The notes below the pieces were generated by a model. It saw nothing but the letters and a program-made list of their open reading frames with translations, did not search any database and had not been told where the DNA came from. A stretch of 63,257 nt of DNA, filler included, from Reclinomonas americana ATCC 50394 (taxonomy: Eukaryota), in NCBI GenBank assembly GCA_048213135.1. It is 18 parts of 18 records of this genome, joined end to end, with 100 filler letters (N's around TTAATTAATTAA, not from the genome) between each part and the next. Parts side by side here need not be neighbours in the genome. Positions count along the whole stretch, not along the records: positions 48,008 to 57,961 come from AFZH01020787.1; positions 58,062 to 60,609 come from AFZH01020788.1; positions 60,710 to 63,257 come from AFZH01020790.1; 15 more parts are not named here. The stretch is one strand, 5' to 3'. The position numbers and the translations under genes are program-made. Below are positions 51,832 through 63,257 of the stretch, piece by piece. Position 1 is the stretch's first letter. Every line of letters begins with the position of its first letter.

Positions 51832-53070
51832 ACTCTCTTTGTGTCTGGCAAATACCTCTTCCCTCAGTCTCACTTTATTCTGTACCTTAGCACCCACTGC
51901 TTTCTCTGTCACGCACTCTCCCTTGAAAACCAGCTAACAGCTCCCCTCTTTTGCCCTCACCTCAACACTCTTCCGACGTCAGCCAACTAAGCCCTTCCCG
52001 TCGTCTGGATTAAAACGAACCTCCACGCTCTCGCGTTCTTTACTTCTCACCATTTTCTTCATCTTTTTTCACCTCATCAGTTTTTAATCGTATTCCACAT
52101 CTGCCTTTCCCGTCTTCACCATTTTCCACTCAAACTTGTTGCCCTTATCCCCTCTTGGCAAGTCATCGTGACCCGTTCCCGCTTTCTATCTTCGTCCCCC
52201 GACTTCCTTCCACTCCTCCCGTATCCGTTTTTCTTTATTCTTCCCATGGTCGCCCTTCCCCCATTTACCCTTCGCTGATCCACCCTTTCTCTCTTCATCC
52301 TGTTCTTTTCACCCTCGCCGCCGGATTCACCGTACTGCAAGCACTCTTCCTTTCGCCATTCATCGCCCCCTCATCATACTTCTCCTCTTCACCCTTCCCC
52401 TTGTTATCCTCCCCTCACCGCACCCTTCCCGTCGACTCTTTTCACCCTTGTCTACAACACTCATCCCATTCCCCCTTTTGTCCTTCCTGTTCCCCTTCAC
52501 CCTCTTCCTCATTGCCCTTCCTTGACCCTTCCTCTCTCATTTCCCATTCCATTCACCCTTTCCCCCTTCCTCATTCCCTTTCCACCCTTTCCTCATTACC
52601 CTTCCTCATTTTCCTCTCCACTCATTTCCTTCCCCTTCCACCCCTTTCCCTCATTTCCCTTCGCCCTTCCCCCCTTCCCCCCTTTCCAGGCCACCTACAC
52701 CTTCCCGGAGGACAAGGTCACCGTCTCAGCACAGGCACGCGACCTCATCAGCCACCTCCTCACCGCCAACCCCGACGAGCGATACACGGCCAGCGAGGTC
52801 TGTCGGTGTCACCACTCTGTGCCTCGTGTCTCCCTTCTCACTGCGGCACAGGTCCTGGCACACCCGTGGATGCACGAGGCGAGCGCCGAGTGGAGCCTGG
52901 AGAAGACGGTGAAGAACATGGAGACTTTCACTCGCCGACGCCTGCGTGCCGCCGTCAACGCCGTCATGGCCGCCAACCGATTCCAGCGATTGCTCGGTTT
53001 GGGTGGTGGTGGTGGTGGTGGCGATTCGTCGTCCACCGTGTCCTCGTCGTCGGTGCCTCCGGCAACGTGA
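47815..53070 (+). CDS. Ca2+/calmodulin-dependent (CaMK1-like) Ser/Thr protein kinase, about 10 exons
   Basis: ELGRGQFGIV, YAVK, LVMEKISGGELWDRI, HRDLKPQN, KITDFG, GTPQYMAPE, DMWSAGCILYVLLCGFLPF, HPW, and a CaM-binding-like tail RRRLRAAVNAVMAANRF. Likely first exon 47815-47837, second from 48249. Confidence 0.93.
50110..51020. repeat. Intronic minisatellite, about 20-nt unit CTCACTCACTCGC(C/T)TTCT(C/T)G, in the kinase gene
   Basis: Tandem array; the source of spurious 462- and 397-aa ORF extensions. Confidence 0.95.
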
Positions 53071-53497
53071 GTGCTCGGGGCGGGGAAAATGCATGACGAA
53101 TGCGCAGTGAAAATATTGTCATGACGAATGAGTTTGGATTGTGCTTGCTGCTGTGAGCAGTATCACAATGTCATTGACATATCGTTCGCATGCCAGTGCA
53201 CGGCGAGTTGCCGCACTGCATTCAAGCGCGCTGACACAATCCCATCAACAGACACCGCACCGAGATCAAGCGCAGCTTGCTAATATGGTCATCAAGGGGA
53301 GGGAGAGAAGATAGAGTTGATGAAGGAGACGAGAGAATGGCGAAGAACAAGAAGAAGAAGAGGATGAGGCGAGGAAGACGAGGGCTGCACGTCTTGCGAC
53401 AACCTGAAGACATGACTTGGTCAATTCACTCCACCACCTGCACCACTGCGCCGCGTTTAATGTTATTGCTCGGCACCCTCCCTTTGCCAATGAAAAA

Positions 53498-56400
53498 TCA
53501 TGGCTTGCTGATGCGAATCACCGGCTTGATGATCTTGCCGCTCAGCGAGTCGGCAGCCGCCTGGTTGAGATCCTCCAGCGAGTTGTAGAACGTGATCATC
53601 TTGTCGAACGGGAACTTGCCCTGCGCGAGCGACAACATGAGTCGATAGTCCAGTGATGCATCACTTTGCGCACACTCACTCACCGCCTTGTACAGGTCGA
53701 GCAGGTACGGCAAGAATGTGGACGGCACGCTGTCGCCCTGAATCACTCCACGCAGCGTGCGCCCGAGCAGCACAGAGAGCATGTCGAGCTGCACCTGTGC
53801 GCCGGGCGGGGAGCCACCAAGCAGAGCGCAGACACCTAAGCGAATCGATTAGCAAAGGGAGGGAACAGTAGAGTGGGCGGTGAAAAGACCTGTCGGTCGC
53901 AGCGCCATGAAACCAGTGCGCAGAATGCCGGGATTGCCAGTGGTATCCACGGCGAAGTCGAGGCCGCCGGATGCTGTGATTAGAGGAAAGGAGGCGAGAG
54001 AGGAAAGAGGGGGAAGTGAGGGAACAAGCAAGCCAAGAATTCATCAAACAGCGCAACGTATAAAGACGGAGAGATACGACGAGAAAATAGGGTGCATTCT
54101 GCTGCCTCCCTCCACTCTCTGTCCGCCCCTTTCCCTTCTCTCTCCCTCCCCTTTCCCCACCAGTCCCCCTTTCCCCACCCTCACAACCTCTTTCTCCTCT
54201 GTAACTCCTTCCTCTTCGTTCTCTTGCCATTTCTCCCCACCCTTCCCCTTTCCCCCCTTCTCCCTTCCCCCTTCCCCCTCTTCCCGCTCACCGCACACCA
54301 CATGCGACTTGATGGCCGCCAACAACGTATTCGACTGCGCATCAAACGACTTGTCCCGCGCATTCACCACGTGCGTCGCGCCGAGGTCCATGGCCAGATT
54401 CAATCGATGCGAGTGAATGTCCACGGCGATGATGCGCGAGCAGCCGACGACCTGCGTGGCACATGTGAGACTCCCTTTCTCTGAAATCTTTCTCCGTGTC
54501 TTTCCTTGTTATCCCCGTGTCTTTTTCCTTGTCTTTCACCGTGTCTTTCCCCTTTATCCCCTCACCTTACATCACCCCTTCTCTCCTTCTCCCCTCCCTC
54601 CTCTTCTCCATCTTCCCCTTGTCCTCGCCCCTTGTCTTTCCCATCGTCTGTCCCCCTGTCTTCCCCCTTTGTTCTTCTCTCATTCTCTCCTTCCCCTCCC
54701 TCCTCTTTCCTTCTTCCCCTTGTCTGTCCCCTTGTCTTCCCCTTGTCTTCTCCCTTTGTTCTTCTCACCTTGCTCTCACCCCTTCTCTCCTTCTCTCCTC
54801 CCTCCTCTTCTCCTTCTTCCCGATGTCTTTCCCCGTCTTTCCCCTTGACTTCTCCCTTTGTTCTTCTCACCTTGTCCTCGCCCCTTGTCTTCCCCTTGTG
54901 TCCCCTTTGTCTTTTTCTTGTTCTTCTCACCTTGCTCTCTCTCCTTCTCTCCTTCTCCCCCCTGTCTTTCTCCTGTCTTTTCCCTTGTCTTCCCCTTTGT
55001 TCTTCTCATCGAGCCCTCACTATTCCTTTCACTACCTCTCTCCTCCTTCCTATTCTCCTTGTCTTTCTCCTTGCCTTCTCCATTTGTTCTCTCACCTTGT
55101 CTTCTCCCTTTGTCTTTCCCCTTGTCTTCCCCCTTTGTTCCCTCACCTTGCCCTCACCCCTTCTCTCCTCCTTCTTCTTACCTTGCCTTTGCCCTTGTCT
55201 CTCTCCGTGTCTTTTCATTCCTCTCCCTTTTCTCCCTTTTGTCTTTCCGCTTGTCTTCCCCCGTTCTCTCTCACCATTTCTGCCACTACTTCTCTCCTCC
55301 TTCTTCGTCCCCTTCTCTTTCCCTTGTCTTTCATTGTTCTTTCACCTTGCCCTCACCCCTTCTCCTCCCTCCTCTTCCCCTCCTCTCCCCCTCCTCTCCC
55401 CCTGCTCACCTTGGCCGCCATAATGGCCGACAAGCCGACAGCACCGCACCCAAACACCACAATCGACGAGCCGCTCTGCGCCTTCAACGAGTTGAACACG
55501 GTGCCAGCACCAGAGGAGACGCCGCAGCCGAGCGGGGCGAGGCGCTCCAACTTCAGCGATTTGTCCTGCGAGAAAGGAGAATAAGCATTCCAGACAAACT
55601 ACTCAGATCCCGGGAATGCGAGAGACAGAGAGGCAGAGGGAGAGAGAGAGTGTGTGTGTGTGAGAGTGAGCATGTGCAAGACAGAAATCAGGGGAGACCA
55701 GACAAGAGAGGCAAGAGAGGGGCGCAGTGAGTGAGTGAGAGAGAGAGAACGGGAGAAAGAGTGGCCCCCTTTATGCAATCAAGAGCATCACTCACCACCC
55801 GCAACACATTCGACATCGAGGCAATCGAGTGCGTGGCGAACGAGGACTGGCGGAAGAAGCAGCCGTGCACGTCCTCGCTGGTGTGCGGATCGTAGTGCGT
55901 CGTGCTGCCGTCGCGGCGCGCACCGGAAAAGTTGATGGCGCGGTGGTGGATGCAGTAGGCGGGGTGGTCGTCGTGGCAGTTGACGCAGTCGCCGCACCAT
56001 GAGTAGCACATGATGACGTGGTCGCCTGCACAAAAGGGAAAGGGGGCGGAGAGGGGGAGAAAGGGGGAGGAAAGGGGGAAGGGGGAGATCAGGGGGAGAA
56101 AGGGGGAGAAAGGGGGAGAAAGGGGGAGAAAGGGGGAGAAAGGGGGAGAAAGGGGGAGAAAGGGGGTGGAAAGAAAAGGGCGGAGGGAGAGGGAAGAAGA
56201 TGATGAGTGAACAATCGCCTTTATCGATCGCACTCTCGCATTGCTCTAAATTTCACAAACTATACGATGTCAGCAGCACAACAGCGCGCACAAGAGACTA
56301 GATATCAGATACCACATGTGCTTGCCGTCTGCAACAAGCATTAGCCACCGCAATTTCTCTCTTCTCGCCATTCTCAATGCCACAAGCGCGTCAGCTGACT

Positions 56401-58063
56401 CCAAAGTCGCATCAACTCCATCGAAGTTGTTTCCACGCACACATACACACGCGCGCACTGAGTCACTCACTCACTCACGCGCTTGTAGTTTCCCTGTCAC
56501 AATTCAGATCGATCCCCAACACTTCCGTGCATCTCTCCCCTCAACCAGTTCTGTTCTTCCGCTTTTTCTCTTTCCCCCTCTCTAATTTCGCTGTTCAATC
56601 AGCAGCTCCGTCTTCAATCTCCTGCACTCCAGTCGACGCAACTCCCACCTCTATCCCTGGTAACCTATTTGTCGCCTTTGTCCTTGCTCTGGCTGCTGGT
56701 GCTAGTTGCAAGTATTCTTCCTCTTCTCGAGAACTTCAGATTCTTCTCTACCTCATATTTTTCTTCTTCTCACTCCCGACAGAGAAGGAACTCCAGAGAG
56801 ATATAAAGATGAGGGGAAAACGCAAGCGATACGAATAATCAGGAGAACTATCTCTCTTTCTCTTCCCTCTCCTCACTCCCTCCCTTTTCCTCTTCCTTCC
56901 CTCTTCCCCTCCTCTCCCTCCCCGCACCTGGCACCACCACCGACGCCGGCACCTTGCTCCCCACACGCTCCACCACACCCGCGCCCTCATGCCCAAGCAC
57001 CAGCGGGAACGCCGACGGGATGTGACCGTCGCGCACCGCCAAGTCCGTGTGGCAAATGCCTGCTTCAAAGTAAGCTGCGAGTGCAACAGACAAGCACTTC
57101 CTCTCTCCTCACAAACCAGAGGCCACCAATCGCACCAACACCTCGTCCTCCCGCGGCTCCTCCAGCATGAGATTGCGCACGCGGAACTGGCCGCCGAGCT
57201 TGTCGACGACGGCGGCCTTGATGGCCGTGCTGGTGGTGGCTGCGCAATGGACAAAGGGGGTGAGAAGAAAGGGGAAGGACGGAGAAGGATGGAGAAGGGG
57301 AAGGGAGTGCAAACTCTCAGGGTTGCAGGATCAATGCATTCCAATCGCTGGTTATAACTCTCTCTGGCGTGCTGCATCCCTCGCTCGCTCCTCTCTCGCT
57401 CCTCTCTCTCTCTCTCTGTTTCTTTCGCTTTCTAAGTCTCTCTCAATCTCGGCGTCTCTTTCTCTTTCTCTATCTATCTTTCTCTCTCTCTCTTTATCTC
57501 TCTCCCTCTCTCTCTCTTTGTTTCTTTCGCTTTCTAAGTCTCTCTCAATCTCGGTGCCTCCTTCTCCGTCTCTATCTATCTCTCTCTCTCTTAATCTCTC
57601 TCCCTCTCTCTCTCTCTCTTAATCTCTCTCCCACCTTTCTCTCTCTCTCTTTGTTTCTTTCGCTTTCCAAGTCTCTCTCAATCTCGGTGTCTCTTTCTCT
57701 TTCTCTATCTCGCACTCAGTCTCTTGCGTGTTGCACCCCTCTCTCCCTGATTCTCTCTTCTCCATCTCGCCTCAGACACGCTGAGTCTCTCTCGCTGCAT
57801 TCCCGCACACAAGCTGTATCTATGACAGACTGTCACGCCCTCGCACTCAGATGTGTTCCCTCTCCAGAATCAATGCACTCCGCTCATGCAAGTCAATAGT
57901 AATGCCAGTCAATTGTGCGCTGCATCCCTCGCTGTCCCTCTTGCTCTCTCTCTCTCTCTCTNNNNNNNNNNNNNNNNNNNNNNNNNNNNNNNNNNNNNNN
58001 NNNNNTTAATTAATTAANNNNNNNNNNNNNNNNNNNNNNNNNNNNNNNNNNNNNNNNNNNNTA

Positions 58064-58157
<94 letters not shown>

Positions 58158-58303
58158 CACACACACACACATTCACATGCACAACCTTCCTCTTTCCTCC
58201 CCTTTTCTTCCCCTTTTTCCTCCCCTTTTCCTCCCCTTTTCCTCTCCCCCTTCTCACCTGACCGCGAAAACTGTCGCTGCACTCGCGCCAGTTGCAACAT
58301 CAT
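53498..58303 (-). CDS. Zn-dependent aryl/benzyl-alcohol dehydrogenase (MDR family, XylB/AreB-like) with a presequence-like first exon (58303-58258); 9 exons
   Basis: [15 protein letters not shown], structural Zn [58 protein letters not shown]. Exon 1 [15 protein letters not shown] joins in phase 1 to the exon starting at 57239. Confidence 0.92.
56211..56440 (+). mobile_element. Decayed Ty1/copia RNase H-like fragment inside an ADH intron (antisense to host)
   Basis: Frame from 56211 reads [32 protein letters not shown], similar to the copia motif IxxDNxxAI..HxRTKHIDIRYHF..AD, with an in-frame stop at 56247. Confidence 0.45.
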
Positions 58304-58415
58304 TCTCTCTCTCTCTTTTCCCCTGTCACTTCACACACCACGAAGCAGGACACGTGCATGACAAAAACCATTCACCCGTTTTTCCCCTTCACGTTTCGAG
58401 AAAAGACAACATCCA
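58304..58415. promoter_or_regulatory. Putative compact bidirectional promoter (ADH / eIF5A-like)
   Basis: Only 112 bp separate the two divergent ATGs; it contains a CACGTG. Confidence 0.55.
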
Positions 58416-60563
58416 ATGGCCGCGCGTTTGCAGTACTTGACCGCTGAGAATGGCGCCGACGTCTACCCGGTAGAGGTGTGCGCGTTCCCACGTGCAGCCG
58501 TCGTTTGTCTGCAACTTTTTGTCCTATTTCTGTCTCCTCACTGCCCATGTTCACCAACTCGCTGCCTTCTGTCTCTCCCCTTGTTCCCCATCGCTCACTC
58601 TCCGTGCATCCGCATTCGCACACTCTTTTTACCTCGGAATTCCTCCATGTCCCCAAAATAGACACTCATACCCCGGTTTTCATTCTTTTCTCTGTTTTGC
58701 AGGTTGGCTCGCTCAAGGAGGGCCAGCACGTGGTACTGAGTGGCAAGCCGTGCAAGATCACCGATCTGAAGATTTCGGCTCCCGGCAAGCACGGCTGTGC
58801 CAAGGCGCACATTGTTGCGTTGCTGACCAAAAGAAGGCTTCCCTAGTCTCCCTCCCTGGATTCTTTCTACTCTTGTGTACCTGCTGGGCTCCACCGTCTC
58901 CTTCTGAGACACTCATTCTCTTTCTCCTCCTCTCCTTCTTGCATTCTCACACCCTTTGTCTTTTTCTGCTCTTTAGCCCTCTTCCATGTCTTGTGCTCGG
59001 GAAGCACCGTCTCTCACCCCCTTCATCCGTATTTTTCTCGTGCGCTCTTCAACGACTTGTGCACCTGCTGGGCTCCGCCGTCTCCTCCTTGCGCCCTCAC
59101 TCCCTTCATCCTTCCCCCTGGAACTCTCACTTGTTCGGGAAGCACCGTCTCCTTCTCGCCTCTCACTCCCTTCATCCATTCTCTTTGCATTCTCATGCAT
59201 GTGTCCCTCCTCCTTCCCCGGACGCACCGCCTCCTTCTCGCTCTTTCGCTTCCTTCACTTACCTTTCAAGCCTGCTGTTCCTGATCACTCCACAGTTGGC
59301 TTCTCGCCTTTTCACTCCTTTCACCCTCTGGATTTCTTGTCTCCTGCACTGTTGAATACCTTCTGTCCCTGCTCACTCCCCGGACGTCAACGCAGCGTAT
59401 CCTTATCACGCTCTCGCCCCTTTCAAATCCCATCTGCTGATGCTCTCCAACTCGACAATCTCCTTCTCGCCCTAACGTCCTTTACTCACCTTCAAGCCTC
59501 CTGCTCAGTCTTGCTCCCCGGATGCTCACTGCAGTGTCTCCATGGCATGCACTCACTCCCCTTGCATCCCTTGTGCTGCACTCAATGCCTTCTGTTCCCC
59601 CCTGATGCTCTCCAACTCAACTATCTCCTTCTCACCCTCACGTCCTTCACTTCAATTGTTCAAGCCTTCTGCTCCTTATCTCTTCGCCTGACACACCGTC
59701 TTTCGCTCATTCTCTCGACTCCTTCACATCCCTCTCCTGTACTCAAACACCCTCACTCTCCCGGATGCTCTCCAGCTCCACCGTCTCCCTCTCGCCCTCT
59801 CACGTCCTTCGTTTGACTCTGCTCTTTCTCACTCCCCAGAGCATCTCTTGTCACGCTCTCACTCCCTTCGCACTTCTATTATTCTCAATGCCCACCATCT
59901 CTTTCTCGCCCTCTACACCCTTCTGTCCCTACTCACTTCCCCCACTTGCACAGGTGGCCTACGGCGTCTTCGACAGCAAGCGCCTGGAGATGGTGGCCCC
60001 GTTGCGTCACCTCCTCCTCCACTCCTCCTCCTTCTCTCCTCCTCCGCATCACTCACCTCCCTTCCCCTCCTCTCCCGTAACGGCAGGTGCGACAACCGCA
60101 TTGAGCAGCCGGTGGTGGAGAAGAACGAGTACACGCTGATGGACGTCACCGACGATGACTTCCTGGTGCTACTCACCGCCGACGGCAAGGTGAAGGAGGA
60201 CATGCAGATGCCGGTGGAGCCGGCGCTGCGGCAGCGCATTGAATCGAATTGGACTGAGGGGAAGGTAAGCGCGAAGGGGAAGGACAGGGGGGGAAGGGGG
60301 AGGGAGGGAAAGGGGGGAGAACGGGGAGGGAGGGAAGAGTTGCTGCACGTTTTCGAAAGAAAAGAGCACGTCAGTGCGATCTTCATTGCGGGAGCGGATC
60401 AACTCGCCCAAGTACGATTCTTATCAACAGAAGGGAAGGGGGAGGGAGGGAGGAAGAGTTGCTGCACTTCTCCTAAGGAAAAGAGCACGTCAGAGCGTTC
60501 TTCATTGCGAGAGCGGATCATCTCGCCCAAGTACGATTCTTGATCACTTACTCTCTCTCTCCT

Positions 60564-60609
<46 letters not shown>

Positions 60610-60796
60610 NNNNNNNNNNNNNNNNNNNNNNNNNNNNNNNNNNNNNNNNNNNNTTAATTAATTAANNNNNNNNNNNNNNNNNNNNNNNNNNNNNNNNNNN
60701 NNNNNNNNNGTGTTGTGTGAATGTGCTGTGTGTGTGGATGATTAGGTGTACTTACTGCACACTGGACAGCCGGATTTTGTGGTGGACGTGAAGTAA
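58416..60796 (+). CDS. eIF5A: Translation factor eIF5A-like protein (divergent); exons 58416-58475, 58703-58813, 59954-60000, 60087-60264 and probably 60746-60796
   Basis: YPVEVGSLKEGQHVVLSGKPCKITDLKISAPGKHGCAKAHIVAYGVFDSKRLE..P..EQPVVEKNEYTLMDVTDDDFLVLLTADGKVKEDM matches the eIF5A pattern. The last exon lies beyond a gap and is less certain. Confidence 0.9.
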
Positions 60797-60928
60797 TAGG
60801 TGTGGCAATGAAGGCATGGAGGAGTATTCAGTAGTTTATGATTAGAAGACGTCCTTGTTGGTCAACTCTGGAAGTTGGCATGCATGTACGTCTTGCATGT
60901 CGCGAAGAATCCAACGCGTGATTGTCCA

Positions 60929-63022
60929 TCAGCGGTAAACATCGTTTTCGTCACGCAGCGGGAGCAGCGGTTCAGCGAGTTCGGCGACGTCGACGACGAC
61001 AACGGAGTGTCGATCAGGATCGCGATCGGGGTCGCGATGGCGAGGTGGGTGGAGCTCCAGAGCCACGGCATTGGGATTGTCAGCGTCTGCTGAGGGGCGA
61101 TGAGGAAAGAGAGAACCCGTCGGGGAAGCAATGAATACAGACCTGCTGCATCAGGCTCAGATCTGCGTCGTGCCAACTGCCGTCGACGAATTCCTGCGAC
61201 CTTTTTCCACGCAGACCACACAATTGGGGACACAAGGATAACTCCGGTGATCCCCAAGATGACAATGCTGATAATGGTCTTGAAATCCTGCGACGCTTGC
61301 GACGCAAAGATGGTGGAGACGACCACAAGACTGCCCAAGCCGATCGCCTGCGTACGATCCAAGCAATGTGAGGTCAGGGGCTTGCAGTATTTGAGTGCGC
61401 TCAACTTCTTTTCCTTCTGCGCCCACTGTCGCCTATGTCAGCAGTTACAGCTCTCCCGCCAGTACGTGCTTGGACACGGAACGTGCCCATGAAATGGTAC
61501 ACACCAGTGCCCTGATCATATGTAACAACAACAGCCGCAACTGCGGTCTCACTGCGACGTGCACTGGCAACGAAACGTAACACTGACATCACAACCAACT
61601 GCAACTACAGTCCCAATTGCGGCTGTCTGTCTAGTAGAACATACAAGATGAGCAATACTTGTCTACACAACTACGCCTCTGCCACTCTCTCTCTGTCTCC
61701 CTACTCTTCTCCCTCTCTCTCCCCCCTTCGTTCCTCCCCCCCTCCTTTCCCTCTCCTCTCTAACACACTCGTTCTTTCCCTTCCCTCCATCACGTCCTCC
61801 AGCTCGCAGCTAATAGCACGCACCTCCAATACGTTGAACAACCGACGCGAGTACGGTTGAATGGAGAGATGAACCGTCAAAAAGCCGACGCACACCAACC
61901 ACATGGCCAGAGGCATGATGGGAAGATGATTGGTGGCGGCGAGCGGGAAAAGCGTCCCCAACAAAGCTAGCCGTCGGAGCAGCTGATATGCTGCGCACAG
62001 ACGAAGATGCAAGTCAACAACAACAAATAAAATACTCGCACAGAATGACGATCGCTGGAAACGACAACAGAGTGTGCCACACACCTTGATACCACACCAA
62101 CGACGGCCGATAGTGGTGGTACAAGGAGCCGAGACTACGGCGCACTTTCTCGTCGTCAAGTCGCCGCTGACGACGAAGACGAACGGTCCACCACACAATG
62201 GCTACTGGCGTGCACACCAATATCGCGGCGAGAATCGCGTACAACGGAATGAGCTGCAACCATCTGCAACGAAGACGGGTAAACATACAAGTAAGCAGCA
62301 AAAGAAACATAGAAATGCGAAACTCGCTCGCCCAAACCGTTGAGAGAAGCACTGGATAGTTGGCGAAAAAAGCACCACACGGCTGTCTCCGACGTGCGCG
62401 CACGAAAAGAGATAAATAATGACCGTTTCTGCTACGCCGGCATACGCCGACAGCAGCAGCACCACAGTGGTTCGCACATAGCGGTATGGTGACGACGACT
62501 CATCGAACCACTGTGCAAACTGCGTTCGCCAACTCCGGTGCTGGAAGCGAGCCCTGATCTGGCAGCTGTGGTTGAAGAGAATGGCCAGCGCCTTGTGCGT
62601 ACCAAACATGGCCCACAGCATAATCTGGTAGGCAAGCGGCGTCAACGTCCGCACCAACATGTCACCAATCGGGCCCAAGCGCATGGGGCAGCCGGGAGTC
62701 AAGAAGTACGGTAGCCAGTTGTTGAGCTGTCGACTGATAGACAGAAGCCTCACGTCGGGGTAGAAGAGCAGAGTCATGGATTGCAGAGTGAAGATGATCA
62801 TTTCCGCACAGCCTACAGCAGAAGCTCTCACCGTCAGCAATCAGACGAACCAACTCTCTCCCCCGTTACTACTACTGACTCACCACCGCCACTCTCGGCC
62901 GCTTGGAAAAAGACGTGCACCGCAAGTACAAATACCGCAATCTTCACCACCATGACGAATTGCGCCAGACCCGACGTAGTGACGCACTCGATGCACTCTC
63001 CGTCCCAGTGAGAATAGTTTGT
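60929..63022 (-). CDS. Paralog of the 1-8666 receptor-like gene (Cys-rich end plus multi-TM part); 5' part outside the window
   Basis: Exon-by-exon similarity: YSHWDGECIEC vs YSQWQGVCIPC, AEMIIFTLQ..LLFYP, WWTVRLRRQRRLDDEK, VWYQ, NVLE, AIGLGSLVV. Stop TGA at 60931-60929. Confidence 0.88.
61415..61625 (+). pseudogene. Second, more decayed EGF-like fragment within an intron of the receptor paralog (antisense)
   Basis: 61537-61578 matches the reverse complement of 25824-25865 at 35/42 nt. GHGTC and NCGLTATCTGNET* remnants, with frameshift and stops. Confidence 0.6.
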
Positions 63023-63115
63023 CTGATAAAACAGAAAGAAAGAAAGAAAGAGAACATGAATAAGTAAGGAAGAAAGAACAAGAGAGAAAAAGTAAGAGAA
63101 AGAGAAAGAGAAAGT

Positions 63116-63167
<52 letters not shown>

Positions 63168-63257
63168 GGCGAGACGACGAACGACGGACGACTACGTACG
63201 AACGAAAACAAAGTAGTAGAGACGACACCGACCGACCGACCGTACCGACCCGACCCC

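Noticed and set aside
8666..60796. Stop-codon reassignment
   Set aside because: TAA, TAG and TGA all end genes, and I found no in-frame stops in the conserved exons I translated.
63160..63257. Odd ACG/CGAC/GTAC-rich tails here and at about 37465-37565 and 41410-41497
   Set aside because: Typical low-quality flow-sequencing noise following long GA microsatellites at contig ends.

Overview
This is intron-rich, GC-rich eukaryotic (protist-like) genomic DNA from a draft scaffold. Seventeen 100-nt gap linkers (N44-TTAATTAATTAA-N44) interrupt it, and genes read through them in the correct order. Most long ORFs in the supplied track are artefacts of intronic simple repeats. By manual GT-AG exon joining I find 11 protein genes: two paralogous receptor-like multi-TM genes (the first with a large beta-helix ectodomain; both partial at the window edges), URB1/Npa1, a TPR-array protein, a GDP-fucose transporter (SLC35C1-like), a small single-TM protein, a bacterial Des-type fatty-acid desaturase, a 102-aa intronless hypothetical, a CaMK-family kinase, an aryl/benzyl-alcohol dehydrogenase with a presequence-like first exon, and a divergent eIF5A. 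The most striking signal is a frequent second class of 5' splice site. At least 14 frame-supported donors read GTTGCG (11 of them GTTGCGT), plus 4 variants, always after a non-G exon end. This is the ordinary GTGCGT/GTGAGT donor shifted by one base. Other observations: tandemly duplicated phase-compatible exon cassettes, long introns with purine-rich 5' and pyrimidine-rich 3' arms, homologous EGF-coding fragments antisense in introns of unrelated genes, and mate-pair adaptor contamination. All gene models are hand-built, with no RNA or database support.
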